DNA of 64,000 nucleotides from assembly GCA_963745035.1 (NCBI GenBank), contig CAVUVW010000005.1, forward strand, positions 32,001 through 96,000. Reading direction: 5' to 3'. This stretch comes from an uncultured delta proteobacterium. Its GTDB lineage: Bacteria; Desulfobacterota; Binatia; UBA9968. Below are positions 1-14,093 of this stretch, in pieces. A program made the translations under genes and the position numbers. Below the pieces are notes generated by a model. It ran no database searches and was not told the DNA's origin. It worked only from the letters and a program-made list of their open reading frames with translations. Position 1 is the first letter of the stretch; each line of letters begins with the position of its first letter.

Positions 1-1009
1 TGATCGAGCCCATCGCGCGGGAAACGGTGATGTTGCCGTCTTCGAGCGGCTGGCGCATCACTTCCAAAACGTTGCGGCGGAATTCCGGCAGCTCGTCTAA
101 AAACAATACGCCGTTGTGCGCGAGTGAAACTTCGCCCGGCTTGGGCACCGTACCGCCGCCGACCAGACCGGCATCAGAAATCGTGTGGTGCGGTGAGCGA
201 AACGGCCGTGTGGCGATGATCGCCTGACCGTTGAGCGTTCCCATGACGCTGTGGATCTTGGTGGTCTCCAGCGCTTCGGTCAAGGTCAAATCCGGCAGGA
301 TCGTCGGCAGTCGTTTCGCGAGCATAGTCTTGCCGGACCCGGGCGGGCCGACGAGGATGACGTTGTGGCCGCCGGCGGCGGCCACTTCCAGGGCGCGCTT
401 GACGTGCTGCTGGCCTTTGACGTCGTTGAAATCGGCGTTGTACTGCGAGTGGCGCGTGAACAGATCGGCAACGTTCACGGTGGTCGGCTCGATGGCTTGC
501 GCGCCGTTCAAAAACTCCACCACCTGGGGCAAGTTGCGCACGCCAAGGACTTCAACTTCGCTTACGACCGCAGCCTCGGACGCGTTTTGCTCGGGCAGAA
601 TCAGGCCTTTCACCCGGTCTTTTTTTGCGGCCATGGCGATCGGCAAGGCGCCGCGCACCGGCTTGATTGAGCCGTCGAGCGAGAGCTCGCCGATCAGAAG
701 ATATTCCTCGAGCAACCGCTTCCCGATGGCCTCCTCCGCCGCGAGAATTCCCACGGCCATCGGTAGGTCGTAGGCGGATCCTTCCTTTTTGATATCGGCC
801 GGAGCGAGGTTGATGGTGATGCGCTTGGCGGGAAACGTGTAGCCGCAGTTTTTCACCGCGGCGCGAATGCGGTCTTTGCTTTCCTTCACCGCGCCTTCCG
901 GCAGGCCGACCGTGGCGAGCTGCGGCAGACCGGATGCAAGATCAATCTCGACCTCGACCCGCAGAGCATCGATGCCGTACAGAGCGGCGCTGTTCACTTT
1001 GGCGAGCAT
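1..1009 (-). CDS. comM: YifB/ComM Mg-chelatase-like AAA+ ATPase (3' end outside window)
   Basis: Manual translation from ATG at 1009: [51 protein letters not shown]...[17 protein letters not shown]...GPPGSGKT...[11 protein letters not shown]; open to the window edge. Confidence 0.93.
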   Translation of the reverse strand, partial: MLAKVNSAALYGIDALRVEVEIDLASGLPQLATVGLPEGAVKESKDRIRAAVKNCGYTFPAKRITINLAPADIKKEGSAYDLPMAVGILAAEEAIGKRLLEEYLLIGELSLDGSIKPVRGALPIAMAAKKDRVKGLILPEQNASEAAVVSEVEVLGVRNLPQVVEFLNGAQAIEPTTVNVADLFTRHSQYNADFNDVKGQQHVKRALEVAAAGGHNVILVGPPGSGKTMLAKRLPTILPDLTLTEALETTKIHSVMGTLNGQAIIATRPFRSPHHTISDAGLVGGGTVPKPGEVSLAHNGVLFLDELPEFRRNVLEVMRQPLEDGNITVSRAMGSI

Positions 1010-1113
1010 GGCCGGGCGCGAAGCGTCCGTACGCTAGCAAAGCACCGGTGGAAGCACAAACGGTATTTGGCGAGAACGGGGATCGACTTCGGAAATGATC
1101 GCTTGGGTTCGAG

Positions 1114-1143
1114 TTGAGGATCGATGATTGAGGACGAGGATCG
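1114..1143. repeat. Short heptamer tandem repeat (TTGAGGA/TCGATGA)
   Basis: ttgagga tcgatga ttgagga cgagga tcg in the intergenic space. Confidence 0.5.
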
Positions 1144-1149
1144 CGCCGA

Positions 1150-1383
1150 CTAGAATTTATCTTTCTTCAATGACTTGAGCGATGATGGGCGAGCGCGTAA
1201 TGCATCGTCCTTGGTGACTCGGTCGAAGACGTGAACGCCGCGGTTGTGAAGCAAGGTCGGCTGCGAGACCGTGCGCCTGGCGGTCGCCGAGCAAACGCCG
1301 CAGCGCTTGAGCGGCCTGTCGCTGATCTTTTGGATCGCTTCGAAGCGGTGGCCCTTGGCGCATTCGTATTCGTAGAGCGGCAT
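1150..1383 (-). CDS. FmdB-family zinc-ribbon protein
   Basis: MPLYEYECAKGHRFEAIQKISDRPLKRCGVC matches the FmdB CxxxH...CxxC pattern; ATG at 1383. Confidence 0.85.
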   Translation of the reverse strand: MPLYEYECAKGHRFEAIQKISDRPLKRCGVCSATARRTVSQPTLLHNRGVHVFDRVTKDDALRARPSSLKSLKKDKF

Positions 1384-1502
1384 GGAGATGTGCCTTACCA
1401 CGCCGACGCCTTCTTCTCAATTGAACGTAGCCGCTTTCCCATTTTTGGGACCGATAGGGCGAAGGGCGCATTGAATTCCCTACGAAAACAGATCCCGGAT
1501 TT

Positions 1503-1519
1503 CTGGCAGGTGATTTGCG
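1503..1519 (+). promoter_or_regulatory. Putative sigma54 (-24/-12) promoter
   Basis: CTGGCAGGTGATTTGCG has TGGCA and TTGC with exact GG-N10-GC spacing, about 80 nt upstream of the small ORF at 1601. Confidence 0.6.
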
Positions 1520-1600
1520 TCAGCCAAGGAAACGGCGATCGCGGCGTATTCGTCCGTGATCGCGATAATAATTCTTAGATTGTTAGAAGGAGGTGTCCTT

Positions 1601-1678
1601 ATGCCCGGCAACATTTTTTACATCATCGGCGTGGTCGTTGTGGTTTTATTCATTCTCGGCTACTTGGGTTTGCGTTAG
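1601..1678 (+). CDS. 25-aa single-TM small membrane protein
   Basis: AGGAGG SD then ATG; [25 protein letters not shown]; below the ORF-track size cutoff. Confidence 0.75.
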   Translation: MPGNIFYIIGVVVVVLFILGYLGLR

Positions 1679-1872
1679 GGCCGCCGGTATAGCAACTGCC
1701 GCTAGACGCCGATTTTCTTGCGATACCAAGCATCGCAAAGCGCCTCTCCATATTTTTGTTTGTCCCCCAGGCGGTGGTTCTGGTTCGCCCGCTTTAGAGC
1801 GGTCTCGACCAAACGTATTGTCAGCGGGTTGAACCGACCGATTGGAATAGAGTTGGCGAGGCCATTCTGCGT

Positions 1873-1901
1873 TTGCCGCTCGAAAAATTTCCTGGTATAA
1901 G
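1873..1901 (+). promoter_or_regulatory. Putative sigma70 promoter of guaBA
   Basis: TTGCCG-N17-TATAAG with TG upstream of the -10. Confidence 0.55.
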
Positions 1902-1936
1902 ACTTCATGTTTGCTTGTGAACAAACGAGCAGCGCC

Positions 1937-1967
1937 AAAACCCAGGCCCAGGTCTGGGTTTTTTTTT
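1937..1967 (+). terminator. Intrinsic-terminator-like hairpin in the guaB 5' leader
   Basis: AAAACCCAG...CTGGGTTTT stem followed by a T run, ending about 20 nt before the guaB ATG. Confidence 0.65.
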
Positions 1968-1985
1968 AGCCTCGCTCGGAGGTGA

Positions 1986-4988
<3,003 letters not shown>

Positions 4989-5003
4989 TTCGTCAGCCGC
5001 TGC

Positions 5004-5453
5004 ATGAAAGAAATCGCCCAAGTTCTGCTGTTCGATCGGCATGGCCGGCTGCTCATCTATCTGCGCGACGACAAGCCGGAGATCCCGTTTCCCAATCGCT
5101 GGGATTTTTTCGGCGGCCATCTGGAACCGGATGAAACACCAGAGCAAGCGTTGGTCCGCGAGGTGAGCGAAGAGCTGGGCGTGCGATTGGAAGCGTGGCA
5201 ATTCTTCCGCCGTTACGAATGCCATTCCGGCGATGCTTATCCCAACATCAAGCATATCTACCACGCGCAGATCGACCGGCGCGCGACGGAGCTGACGCTC
5301 GCCGAAGGACAGCGACTTGCGGCGATCGCGCGCGCGGAGCGAAGCGGCTTTGCCTTCGCCAATATTCTCGCGGCCATTCTCGAAGATTTCATCGCCGCCG
5401 GTCTGTGGCCGGTTCCTGTGGATAACTCTTTTGCGCGAGTAGCCGGCAAATAA
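5004..5453 (+). CDS. NUDIX hydrolase
   Basis: Nudix box GGHLEPDETPEQALVREVSEELG. Confidence 0.9.
   Translation: MKEIAQVLLFDRHGRLLIYLRDDKPEIPFPNRWDFFGGHLEPDETPEQALVREVSEELGVRLEAWQFFRRYECHSGDAYPNIKHIYHAQIDRRATELTLAEGQRLAAIARAERSGFAFANILAAILEDFIAAGLWPVPVDNSFARVAGK
5417..5425 (-). promoter_or_regulatory. Consensus DnaA box (TTATCCACA) upstream of dnaE
   Basis: + strand CTGTGGATAAC, about 70 nt before the dnaE ATG. Confidence 0.5.
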
Positions 5454-5495
5454 TTTGTCGCGCGGTTTGCTTTGTGCTAGTTGTTACGTAGCCCG

Positions 5496-8400
5496 ATGGA
5501 ATCTTCTCGCTTCGTTCATCTTCACTGCCATACCGAATACAGCCTGCTCGACGGCGCCAACAAGGTCGATAAGCTCTTCGAGCGCATCAGAGCGCTGAAG
5601 CAGCCGGCCGTCGCCATGACCGACCATGGCAACATGTTCGGCGCGGTCGAGTTCTATCGCGAAGCGGTGAGCCGCGGCATCAAGCCGATCATCGGCTGCG
5701 AAATCTACGTGGCGCCGACCAGCCGGTTCGAAAAAAAGGGCGTCGACAAGGGCCCCAAGGAATACAATAACCATCTGATCCTGCTAGCGATGAACAACGA
5801 GGGCTACCGCAATCTCTGCAAGCTGGTTTCGCTCGGCTACATGGAAGGCTTCTATTACAAGCCGCGCATCGACAAGGAGCTGCTAAAAGAGCTCAATGGT
5901 GGCTTGATCGCCTTGAGTGCGTGCTTGCAAGGCGAGATCTCGCAGGCGCTCAACTACGGCATTTACGAAAAAGCCAAGGCCGCGGCCGAAACCTACGCGT
6001 CGATTTTCGGCGACCGCTACTACATCGAGATCCAGGACAACAAGCTGGCCGAGCAGGAAAAAGTGAACCGCGAGCTGGTCGAACTCGCCAAAGAGTTGTC
6101 GCTTCCTGTCGTGGCCACCAACGACTGTCACTACGGCGAGCGCGCCGACTTCCACGCCCACGACGTGCTCCTGTGCGTGCAGACCGGGAAAACCGTCGCC
6201 GACGACAATCGTTTGAAGCTCGAAACCGACGAGCTCTATCTCAAATCCGCAGACGAGATGATCCACGGGTTCGATTATTGCCCGGGAGCGGTCGAGCGCA
6301 CGTTGGAAATCGCCGAGCGCTGCAACGTCGAGATCGAGTTCGGCAAGTATCATTTCCCGACGTTCAAGCCGCCCAAGGAAATCAGTCTCGACGACTACCT
6401 CGACGAGCTGGCGCGCCAGGGACTTGAAGAGCGGCTCGACGGCGTGACCGACGACGAAACGCGCAAGAGCTATTACGAGCGCCTGGAATACGAGCTCGAC
6501 GTCATCAAACGCATGCAGTTCCCCGGCTACTTTCTGGTGGTGGCCGATTTTATCAACTACGCCAAGCAAAGCGGCATCCCGGTGGGTCCGGGACGGGGCT
6601 CGTCGGCGGGCAGTCTGGTCGCCTATGCGCTGCGTATCACCGATCTCGATCCGATCCGCCATATCCTGCTGTTCGAGCGCTTCCTCAATCCCGAGCGCCG
6701 CTCGATGCCCGATATCGACGTCGACTTTTGCATTCGCGGGCGCGCCCAGGTCATCCAATACGTCAAAGACCGGTACGGCGCCGACCGTGTGGCGCAGATC
6801 GCGACATTTGGAACGCTCAAGGCCAAAGCGGCGATCCGCGACGTCGGCCGCGCCATCGGCATGTCCTTTGCCGAGACCGACGCCATCGCCAAGTTGATTC
6901 CCGCGCCCAAGCAAGGTTTCGACTACCCGCTCACCGAGGCGCTGAAGATGGAGCCGCGCTTGCCGGAGATGATGAAGAGTGACCCGCGGGTCAAAACCTT
7001 GATCGAGCACGCACTCCGATTGGAAGGTTTGGTGCGCCACGCCTCGACCCACGCCGCCGGCGTGGTGCTGTCGAATCTACCGCTGGTCGATCACCTGCCG
7101 CTGTTCGTCGATAAAGAGGGCGGCATCGTCACCCAGTACGACATGAGCTGCGTCGAGAAGATCGGCCTGGTCAAATTCGATTTCCTCGGTCTCAAGACCC
7201 TGACCTTGATCCACGACTGCCTGAAGCTGATCGAGGTGACGCGCGGCGAGAAGCTCGATATCAACCGCATGGAGCTCGCCGACAAAAAAACCTATCGAAC
7301 GCTTTGCAACGGCAACACCACGGGTGTGTTCCAACTGGAAAGCACCGGCATCCGCGAGATGACGGTGAAGATCCGGCCCAATTGCTTCGAGGACCTGGTT
7401 GCCATCCTGGCGCTCTATCGTCCCGGCCCGCTCGATAGCGGCATGGCCGAAGAGTACATCAAACGCAAGCACGGCAAGGAAAAGATCAAGTACCTGCACC
7501 CGCTGCTCGAATCGATCCTGAAAGACACTTACGGCGTGATCGTCTATCAAGAGCAGGTCATGCAAATCGCCCAGGTGCTCGGCGGCTACACTATGGGCGA
7601 CGCCGATATTCTGCGCCGCGCCATGGGCAAGAAAGACCCCGAAGAGATGGCCGCCCAGCGCGACCGCTTCGTCGAGGGAGCCAAGCAGCAAAAAATCGAC
7701 GAGAAAAAAGCCACCGAAATCTTCGACCAAATGGAAACCTTCGCGCGCTACGGCTTCAACAAATCGCACTCGGCCGCCTACGCTCTGGTTTCCTACCAGA
7801 CCGCCTATCTGAAAACTCATTATCCCGTGGAGTTCATGGCCGCTTTGATGACCTCGGAGATGGGCGACACGGACAAGGTGATCAAGAATCTCGCCGAGTG
7901 TCGGGAAATGGAGATCGAAGTTCTGGCGCCGGACATCAACGAAAGCCGTTCGGATTTCACTCCGGTGGGCGATAAAATCCGCTTCGGGCTCACGGCGGTT
8001 AAAAACGTCGGCGAAAAGGCGGTGGAAGTCATCCTGCAAAGCCGCAACCAGGACGGTCCGTTCCAGTCTCTTTTCGATTTTTGCCGGCGGGTGGACATGA
8101 CCGCGGTCAACCGCCGGGTAATCGAAAACCTGATCAAGTGCGGCGCCTACGATTCCACCCAGGTGTCGCGCGCGCGCATGCTCGGAGCGCTCGATGACGC
8201 CATGAAGGCGGGCCAGGCGCACCAGCGCGATCAGGCGAGCAATCAGATCGATATTTTCGCCATCCTCGGCATGGCGACCAAGAGCGGTCCGAAGCCTGGA
8301 GACGTTTACGCTCAGGTGGCCGAATGGTCGTCGCAGGAGCTGCTCGCCTTCGAAAAGGAAGCGCTGGGGTTTTATATTACCGGCCATCCGCTCGACAAGT

Positions 8401-9002
8401 ACGACCGCGCGCTCAAAAAGATCACGAGCGGCACTATTGCCGCGCTCAAGGAAAAGGCCGCCGCGGGAGAAGTTCGCCTCGGCGGGGTGGTGTCGGCGTT
8501 GAAGCTGCGCAACACTAAGAAAGGCGATCGCTACAGTAACTTCAATCTCGAGGACAAGACCGGCTTCGTCGAAGTGATCGCCTGGCCGGACACGTACAAG
8601 CGCTGCGCCGAGCTGCTCGGCGGCGACGATCCCATTTTCGTCAAAGGCCGCCTGGAAGTCGGCGAAGACCGCATGCAGGTGATCGCCAACGAGATCGGGA
8701 CGCTGGCTGAAGCGGTGAAAAACCCGAAAAACGGCGCATCCAACGGCAACGGCAAGTTGAACGGGGAAAAGGTCCATCTCTACGTGCGCGAGCGCGATGT
8801 GTCCGCCGACGAGCTGGTGCGGCTACGCGATACCTTGCTCGACTATCCGGGTCGCGCCACTGTGTTCCTCCACATGCTCGGCGTCGGCGAAACCGTCATC
8901 GAGCTTCCCGACCAAGTGCGCGTTTCCGCGACGCCGGAGCTGGCGGCGGTGGTGGAGCGGCTGTTCGGTCCGCGCGTCAGCTTCCAAGCGCTAAACTCTT
9001 GA
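5496..9002 (+). CDS. dnaE: DNA polymerase III alpha subunit
   Basis: PHP motif [40 protein letters not shown]. Confidence 0.98.
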   Translation: MESSRFVHLHCHTEYSLLDGANKVDKLFERIRALKQPAVAMTDHGNMFGAVEFYREAVSRGIKPIIGCEIYVAPTSRFEKKGVDKGPKEYNNHLILLAMNNEGYRNLCKLVSLGYMEGFYYKPRIDKELLKELNGGLIALSACLQGEISQALNYGIYEKAKAAAETYASIFGDRYYIEIQDNKLAEQEKVNRELVELAKELSLPVVATNDCHYGERADFHAHDVLLCVQTGKTVADDNRLKLETDELYLKSADEMIHGFDYCPGAVERTLEIAERCNVEIEFGKYHFPTFKPPKEISLDDYLDELARQGLEERLDGVTDDETRKSYYERLEYELDVIKRMQFPGYFLVVADFINYAKQSGIPVGPGRGSSAGSLVAYALRITDLDPIRHILLFERFLNPERRSMPDIDVDFCIRGRAQVIQYVKDRYGADRVAQIATFGTLKAKAAIRDVGRAIGMSFAETDAIAKLIPAPKQGFDYPLTEALKMEPRLPEMMKSDPRVKTLIEHALRLEGLVRHASTHAAGVVLSNLPLVDHLPLFVDKEGGIVTQYDMSCVEKIGLVKFDFLGLKTLTLIHDCLKLIEVTRGEKLDINRMELADKKTYRTLCNGNTTGVFQLESTGIREMTVKIRPNCFEDLVAILALYRPGPLDSGMAEEYIKRKHGKEKIKYLHPLLESILKDTYGVIVYQEQVMQIAQVLGGYTMGDADILRRAMGKKDPEEMAAQRDRFVEGAKQQKIDEKKATEIFDQMETFARYGFNKSHSAAYALVSYQTAYLKTHYPVEFMAALMTSEMGDTDKVIKNLAECREMEIEVLAPDINESRSDFTPVGDKIRFGLTAVKNVGEKAVEVILQSRNQDGPFQSLFDFCRRVDMTAVNRRVIENLIKCGAYDSTQVSRARMLGALDDAMKAGQAHQRDQASNQIDIFAILGMATKSGPKPGDVYAQVAEWSSQELLAFEKEALGFYITGHPLDKYDRALKKITSGTIAALKEKAAAGEVRLGGVVSALKLRNTKKGDRYSNFNLEDKTGFVEVIAWPDTYKRCAELLGGDDPIFVKGRLEVGEDRMQVIANEIGTLAEAVKNPKNGASNGNGKLNGEKVHLYVRERDVSADELVRLRDTLLDYPGRATVFLHMLGVGETVIELPDQVRVSATPELAAVVERLFGPRVSFQALNS

Positions 9003-10300
9003 AATCCGTTGTTTCAACACGGCCGCCGAAAGAGCGCGCCTTGCTCGTCGGAGTTGCGCTGCCCGCGCGCGACCGGCAAGCGCCGCTCGATCTGAGCCTC
9101 GAGGAGCTCGAAAGGCTGGCCGAAACCGCCGGCGCGACGGTGCTGGCAAGGCACAGCCAGCAGGTGAAAAGCATCACGCCGGCGACGTTGATCGGGCGCG
9201 GCAAGGTCGAAGAGATCCAAAAGTCTTTGCGCGACAGCCATGCCGATCTCGTGATCGTCGACGAGGATTTGACCCCGGCGCAGCAGCGCAATCTGGAAGC
9301 GGCGTTCAAAGTTCGGGTCATCGACCGCAGCCAGCTCATTCTCGATATTTTCGCCCAGCGCGCGCGCAGCAACGAAGGCAAGCTGCAAGTCGAGCTGGCA
9401 CAACTCGAATATCTGCTGCCGCGTCTCACGCGCCAGTGGACCCATCTTTCCCGCCTGGGCGGCGGCATCGGCACCCGCGGCCCGGGCGAAACCCAACTCG
9501 AAGTGGACCGGCGGCGCATCCGCGAGCGCATCGGCCATCTGAAACAGCGGCTGAAAACGGTCGAGCGAACGCGCGCACTGCAGCGCCAGGAGCGCCACGA
9601 AGTGCCCTTCGCCACCGTGGCGCTGGTCGGTTACACCAACGCCGGAAAATCGACGTTGATGAACACCCTCACGCGCGCCGGCGTGTTCGTCGAGGACAAA
9701 CTTTTTGCGACGCTGGATCCGACGACCCGCGCCCTGCGGCTGCCCAACGCCGACAAGGTGATGCTCGTCGACACCGTCGGCTTTATCAACAAGATTCCCC
9801 ACTCGCTGATCGAGGCGTTCAAGAGCACGCTCGAAGAAGTGAGCCGCGCCGACTTGCTGCTGCATCTGATCGATATGTCGAACCCGCTCTGGGAAGAGCA
9901 GATTCACGTCATCGAGAAAGCCCTCGGCGAGATCGGTGCGGCGGAGATTCCCACCGTGCTTGTGCCCAACAAAATCGATGTGGCCACAGCGCCGCCGGCA
10001 GCGCGGCTGAAAGCGGACGGCGCGCTCGATGTCTGTCCGATATCGGCTCTCACCGGCGCGGGCGTCGATCGGCTGCTCGAAACGGTGGGACAAATTCTCG
10101 ACCGCGGCAAGGAAGAGTTTCATGCCTGCTTCGCGCCGTCCCAGGGCGAGTTGGTCGCGCTCTTGCGCGAGCGCGGCCGCGTGGTCAGCGAAAGCTACGA
10201 CGGCGACGCGATTCGCGTAACCGCCATGGTTACGCCGAAGCTTGCCGGGCAGGTGCGCAAGCTCTTGCGCAAGGCTGCGGTTCGCGAACGGTTGTCATGA
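8999..10300 (+). CDS. hflX: GTPase HflX
   Basis: [42 protein letters not shown]. Confidence 0.96.
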   Translation: MKSVVSTRPPKERALLVGVALPARDRQAPLDLSLEELERLAETAGATVLARHSQQVKSITPATLIGRGKVEEIQKSLRDSHADLVIVDEDLTPAQQRNLEAAFKVRVIDRSQLILDIFAQRARSNEGKLQVELAQLEYLLPRLTRQWTHLSRLGGGIGTRGPGETQLEVDRRRIRERIGHLKQRLKTVERTRALQRQERHEVPFATVALVGYTNAGKSTLMNTLTRAGVFVEDKLFATLDPTTRALRLPNADKVMLVDTVGFINKIPHSLIEAFKSTLEEVSRADLLLHLIDMSNPLWEEQIHVIEKALGEIGAAEIPTVLVPNKIDVATAPPAARLKADGALDVCPISALTGAGVDRLLETVGQILDRGKEEFHACFAPSQGELVALLRERGRVVSESYDGDAIRVTAMVTPKLAGQVRKLLRKAAVRERLS

Positions 10301-10523
10301 TTCGCAAGCCGCAGTCGAGCCCGCGCGACGCAATCCTTCCGCGTGAAGAGACAATGCTTTACTGCCGCCGAGCGGATTGTGATCAGCAGTGGTTTATGAA
10401 GAATCGTTGCCGTCTTGGAGATGCTGGCAAGGCGCGGAAGAGTTTGCGGCCGCGCGCTTGGGTGTCTGCGCTACCGGGAGCGGCCGAGCCGAGTTAGCAC
10501 CGCGGAAGCCGGAATGACGCATC

Positions 10524-11090
10524 ATGCTCAATCTCGCCAATTGCTTGACGCTCTTTCGCATCCTGACGATCCCGGTCTTTCTTGAGTTGCTCGTCTACCA
10601 CTTTTACTGGCAAGCGCTGCTGGTGTTCGCCATCGGCGGATTCAGCGATTTTTTCGACGGCTTTGTCGCCCGCAGGATGAACCAGCAAACCGCGCTGGGC
10701 GCGTATCTCGACCCAGTCGCCGACAAGCTGCTGGTCATCACCTCATTCATCATGCTCGGCTTGATCGGCGGCCTGCCGGTTTGGCTCAGTGTGCTGGTCG
10801 TGGTTCGCGATGTTCTGATCGTCGTCGGCTATGGAATTATTTACTTTCTGCTAGAGGAGCGGCTGCAAGTCCGGCCGAGCCGTATCGGCAAGTGGAGCAC
10901 GACCTTGCAGCTTCTGACTTTGGCGCTAGCGTTGCTCATGCTTCACGATCCAAAGCTGCTCAGCCCGCGAGTGCTCGATGTGTTTATCGCCGCCAGTGCG
11001 CTCGCCACCGTCGCATCCGGCTTACAGTATCTGTACCGGGGCTTTGTTTGGCTGCAAAATAGAGCATCCTCAATCGCTCCCCCCGGTTGA
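10524..11090 (+). CDS. CDP-alcohol phosphatidyltransferase (PgsA-like)
   Basis: SDFFDGFVARR...GAYLDPVADK motif; multiple TM segments. Confidence 0.9.
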   Translation: MLNLANCLTLFRILTIPVFLELLVYHFYWQALLVFAIGGFSDFFDGFVARRMNQQTALGAYLDPVADKLLVITSFIMLGLIGGLPVWLSVLVVVRDVLIVVGYGIIYFLLEERLQVRPSRIGKWSTTLQLLTLALALLMLHDPKLLSPRVLDVFIAASALATVASGLQYLYRGFVWLQNRASSIAPPG

Positions 11091-11237
11091 CACGGCTATG
11101 GGAAATTGATAATAAAATCGGTCTCTTGCATTGTCAATGTCGATCGCTACGGGGATCCCCCGACCGGCAATTGGAACAAGCCGCAAAGACGATTTTGTTA
11201 AGGTTATCTCGTTTGATTCACTACGTTTGGTTCATGC

Positions 11238-11312
11238 AGGCACGTAGCTCAGTGGGAGAGCGCTTCCTTGACACGGAAGAGGTCGGCAGTTCAATCCTGC
11301 CCGTGCCTACCA
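11238..11312 (+). tRNA. tRNA-Val(GAC)
   Basis: Acceptor stem AGGCACG/CGTGCCT plus ACCA; anticodon arm CTTCC-TTGACAC-GGAAG; TTCAAT T-loop. Confidence 0.96.
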
Positions 11313-11326
11313 TTTTCTCTTTTTAA

Positions 11327-13242
11327 ATGGACAGCATTCGGATCATTTTATCGGGCGGCAAGTCCGTCGATGTGCGTCCCGGCACGACGATCGACGAGAT
11401 CGCCACGTCCAGCGGCGTGAGAAAAGCGGCCATCGCCGCCAAAGTCGACGGGCGGGCGGTGGATCTCGCGCGCTCTCTCGACCGTGATTGTAGCCTCGAT
11501 TTTGTCTTGCCGGACAGTCCCGAGGGGCTGGAAGTGCTGCGCCATTCCACTGCTCATCTCATGGCCCAGGCGGTGCAGGATCTGTTTCCGGGGACTCAAG
11601 TGACGATCGGGCCGACCATTGAGGACGGCTTTTACTACGACTTCAAGAGCGATCACATTTTTTCTCCGGAGGATCTGGAGCTCATCGAGAAGCGCATGCA
11701 GGAGTTGGCGAAGGCCGATTTGAAAGTCGTGCGCGAGGAGCTGTCGCGCGCCGAGGCGATCGCGCTGTTTCGCCAGATGGGCGAGGACTACAAGGTTCAG
11801 ATCATCGAAGGCATCCCGGAGGAAACGGTTTCGCTCTATCGCCAGGGCGACTGGGTGGACCTCTGCCGCGGCCCGCACGTGCCGAGCACCGGAGCGATCA
11901 AGGCTTTCAAGCTGACCAGCATCGCCGGCGCTTACTGGCGCGGCGACTCACGCAACGAGCAGCTCCAGCGCATTTACGGCACCGCCTGGGCCAATCGGAA
12001 AGATTTAGACGCGTATCTGAAGCGCATCGAAGAAGCGAAACAGCGCGACCACCGCCGGCTCGGCCCCGCGCTGGATCTGTTTTCGCTCCACCCGATCGCG
12101 CCGGGGTCGCCGTTTTTTCATCCCAAGGGCGCGATCATTTACAACCTTTTGGTTCAGTACATCCGCGCTCTCTACGGCCGCTACGGCTACAGCGAGGTGG
12201 TGACGCCGCTCATCTACAAAACCGATCTGTGGAAAACCTCGGGCCATTACGAAGCTTTCCACGACGATATGTTCTTGATGAACGTGCACGACGGCGAGTA
12301 TGGCGTGAAGCCGATGAACTGCCCGGGGCATTGCTATCTGTTCGGCTCGCGGAAATATTCTTATCGCGATCTGCCGGTCCGCTACGCCGATTTCAGCCGG
12401 CTGCACCGCTTCGAGCAATCCGGCGTGCTTTCCGGCCTGATGCGCGTGCGCTCGTTTGCCCAGGACGATGCGCATATTTACTGCACGCCCGAGCAGCTCG
12501 ACGACGAGCTCGAACAATTCGTCGCGATGACGCGCGAGGTTTATAAAGTATTCGGCTTTGACCGCATCGAAGTCACTTTGCAGACCCGACCGGAAAAATT
12601 TCTCGGCCGCGTCGAGCTGTGGGACGCCGCCGAGGCGGCGCTGCGCCGCTGTCTCGAGCGGGCGGGATTCACGGTGGAGATCTTGCCGGGCGAGGGAGCG
12701 TTTTACGGGCCCAAAATCGGCTTCGATTTTCGCGACGTGTTGGAGCGTTCGTGGACCTTGGCGACCGTGCAGATCGACTGCGCCATGCCCGAGCGCTTCG
12801 GCCTCAATTACGTGACTCCGGAGGGAACCGAAGCGACGCCGGTGATGATCCATCGGGCGGTGCTAGGCTCCATCGAACGCTTCATCGCCATTCTTTTGGA
12901 ACATTGCGCCGGTGCTTTCCCGCTCTGGCTCGCGCCGGTGCAGGCGAGAATCTTGACCGTCACCGACGATCAGAAGGAATATGCGGCTCGGGTTCTTGGC
13001 GACCTGCGCCGAGACGGCTGGCGCGCCGAGCTCGACGGGCGTAACGAAAAGCTCGGCTACAAGATACGCGAAGCGCAGCTCGCGAAGATTCCCTACGCAA
13101 TCGTGATCGGCGACAAAGAGGTGGCGGCGGCAAACCGTGGCGCCGCGCCGGCGCGGCGGCGAAAATCTCGCACCGCAGCCCGTCGCTCAATTCAGTCGAA
13201 CGGCTGCGCGCCGAGGTTGCACAAGAAATCGGAGAAGCATAA
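11327..13242 (+). CDS. thrS: Threonine--tRNA ligase (indels near 13130-13200)
   Basis: LRHSTAHL, DLCRGPH, KPMNCP, GEGAFYGPK, IHRAVLGSIERF; true stop probably TAA at 13240-13242. Confidence 0.97.
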
Positions 13243-13275
13243 AAATAGGGATCAAACCAGGACTGGAGGTGTCCT

Positions 13276-13782
13276 ATCGCCAGAGAAGCGAGGATCAATC
13301 ATCAAATTCGCGCCCGTGAAGTACGGGTCATCGGACCGAAGGGCGAGCAGCTCGGCGTCATGGCGCTGCATGAAGCGCTCAAGCAAGTGGACGCGCTGGA
13401 AATGGACTTGGTGGAAGTCGCGCCCGATGCCCAGCCGCCGGTTTGTCGCATGATGGATTACGGCAAATTTCGCTACGAGCAGAAAAAACGCTCTCATAGC
13501 GGCAAGAAGCCGTCGGTCGTCGAAATCAAAGAAGTCAAAATGGGTTCTCGCACCGACGCTCACGACGTGGAGCATAAGGTTCGCAACATTCGCCAGTTCA
13601 TCGGGAAAGGGCAACGGGTCAAAGTGTCGGTCTTCTTTCGCGGCAGGGAAATCACGCATCCGGAGCTGGGCAGGCAGATGCTCAAGGGCGTAGTTGTGCA
13701 AGTGCAGGACATCGCCAAAGTCGATATCGAGCCGCGCCTGGAAGGACGCAATATGGCAATGCTGCTTACGCCCAAGGCATGA
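13276..13782 (+). CDS. infC: Translation initiation factor IF-3, non-canonical ATC start
   Basis: GGAGGT SD, then ATC GCC AGA GAA GCG AGG ATC AAT (IAREARINHQIRAREVRVIG) in frame with the ORF-track ORF; DLVEVAP, MDYGKFRYE, FRGRE. Confidence 0.93.
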   Translation: MAREARINHQIRAREVRVIGPKGEQLGVMALHEALKQVDALEMDLVEVAPDAQPPVCRMMDYGKFRYEQKKRSHSGKKPSVVEIKEVKMGSRTDAHDVEHKVRNIRQFIGKGQRVKVSVFFRGREITHPELGRQMLKGVVVQVQDIAKVDIEPRLEGRNMAMLLTPKA

Positions 13783-13815
13783 TCGGATTCATCAATCAAA
13801 TTAGAGGAGCAAAAA

Positions 13816-14013
13816 GTGCCAAAGATCAAAACCAACAGAGCCGCAGCGAAGCGTTTCCGCGTGACCGGCAGCGGCAAGATCAAGCGCAACAAGGGGTACA
13901 AGCGCCATATTTTGTCGAGCAAGGGGAAGAAGCGCAAGCGCCAACTGCGCAAGGCGACGACCGTGGCGGCGGTGGAGTCGCGCAATATTCGCCGGCTCAT
14001 ACCCTACAAGTAA
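13816..14013 (+). CDS. rpmI: 50S ribosomal protein L35
   Basis: [24 protein letters not shown]. Confidence 0.97.
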   Translation: MPKIKTNRAAAKRFRVTGSGKIKRNKGYKRHILSSKGKKRKRQLRKATTVAAVESRNIRRLIPYK

Positions 14014-14019
14014 ACAGGC

Positions 14020-14073
14020 CTGAGTAACGAGGACGGAGAAGCGATTCGGTTCCAGTGCTCAGTCCGTCAGTCC
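14020..14073. repeat. Inverted short-unit repeat between rpmI and rplT
   Basis: ctgagtaacgaggacggag ... gtgctcagtccgtcagtcc, complementary heptamer-like arms. Confidence 0.4.
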
Positions 14074-14093
14074 CTATTAGGAAGGAGTTTTTC

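Noticed and set aside
1702-1938. Minus-strand 78-aa ORF upstream of guaB
   Set aside because: It overlaps the guaB promoter and leader and has no SD or recognisable motif; probably spurious
5883-8777. Long antisense ORFs (also 2124..3440, 14450..15886, 45655..47205 and others)
   Set aside because: Shadow frames of well-identified GC-rich genes on the opposite strand
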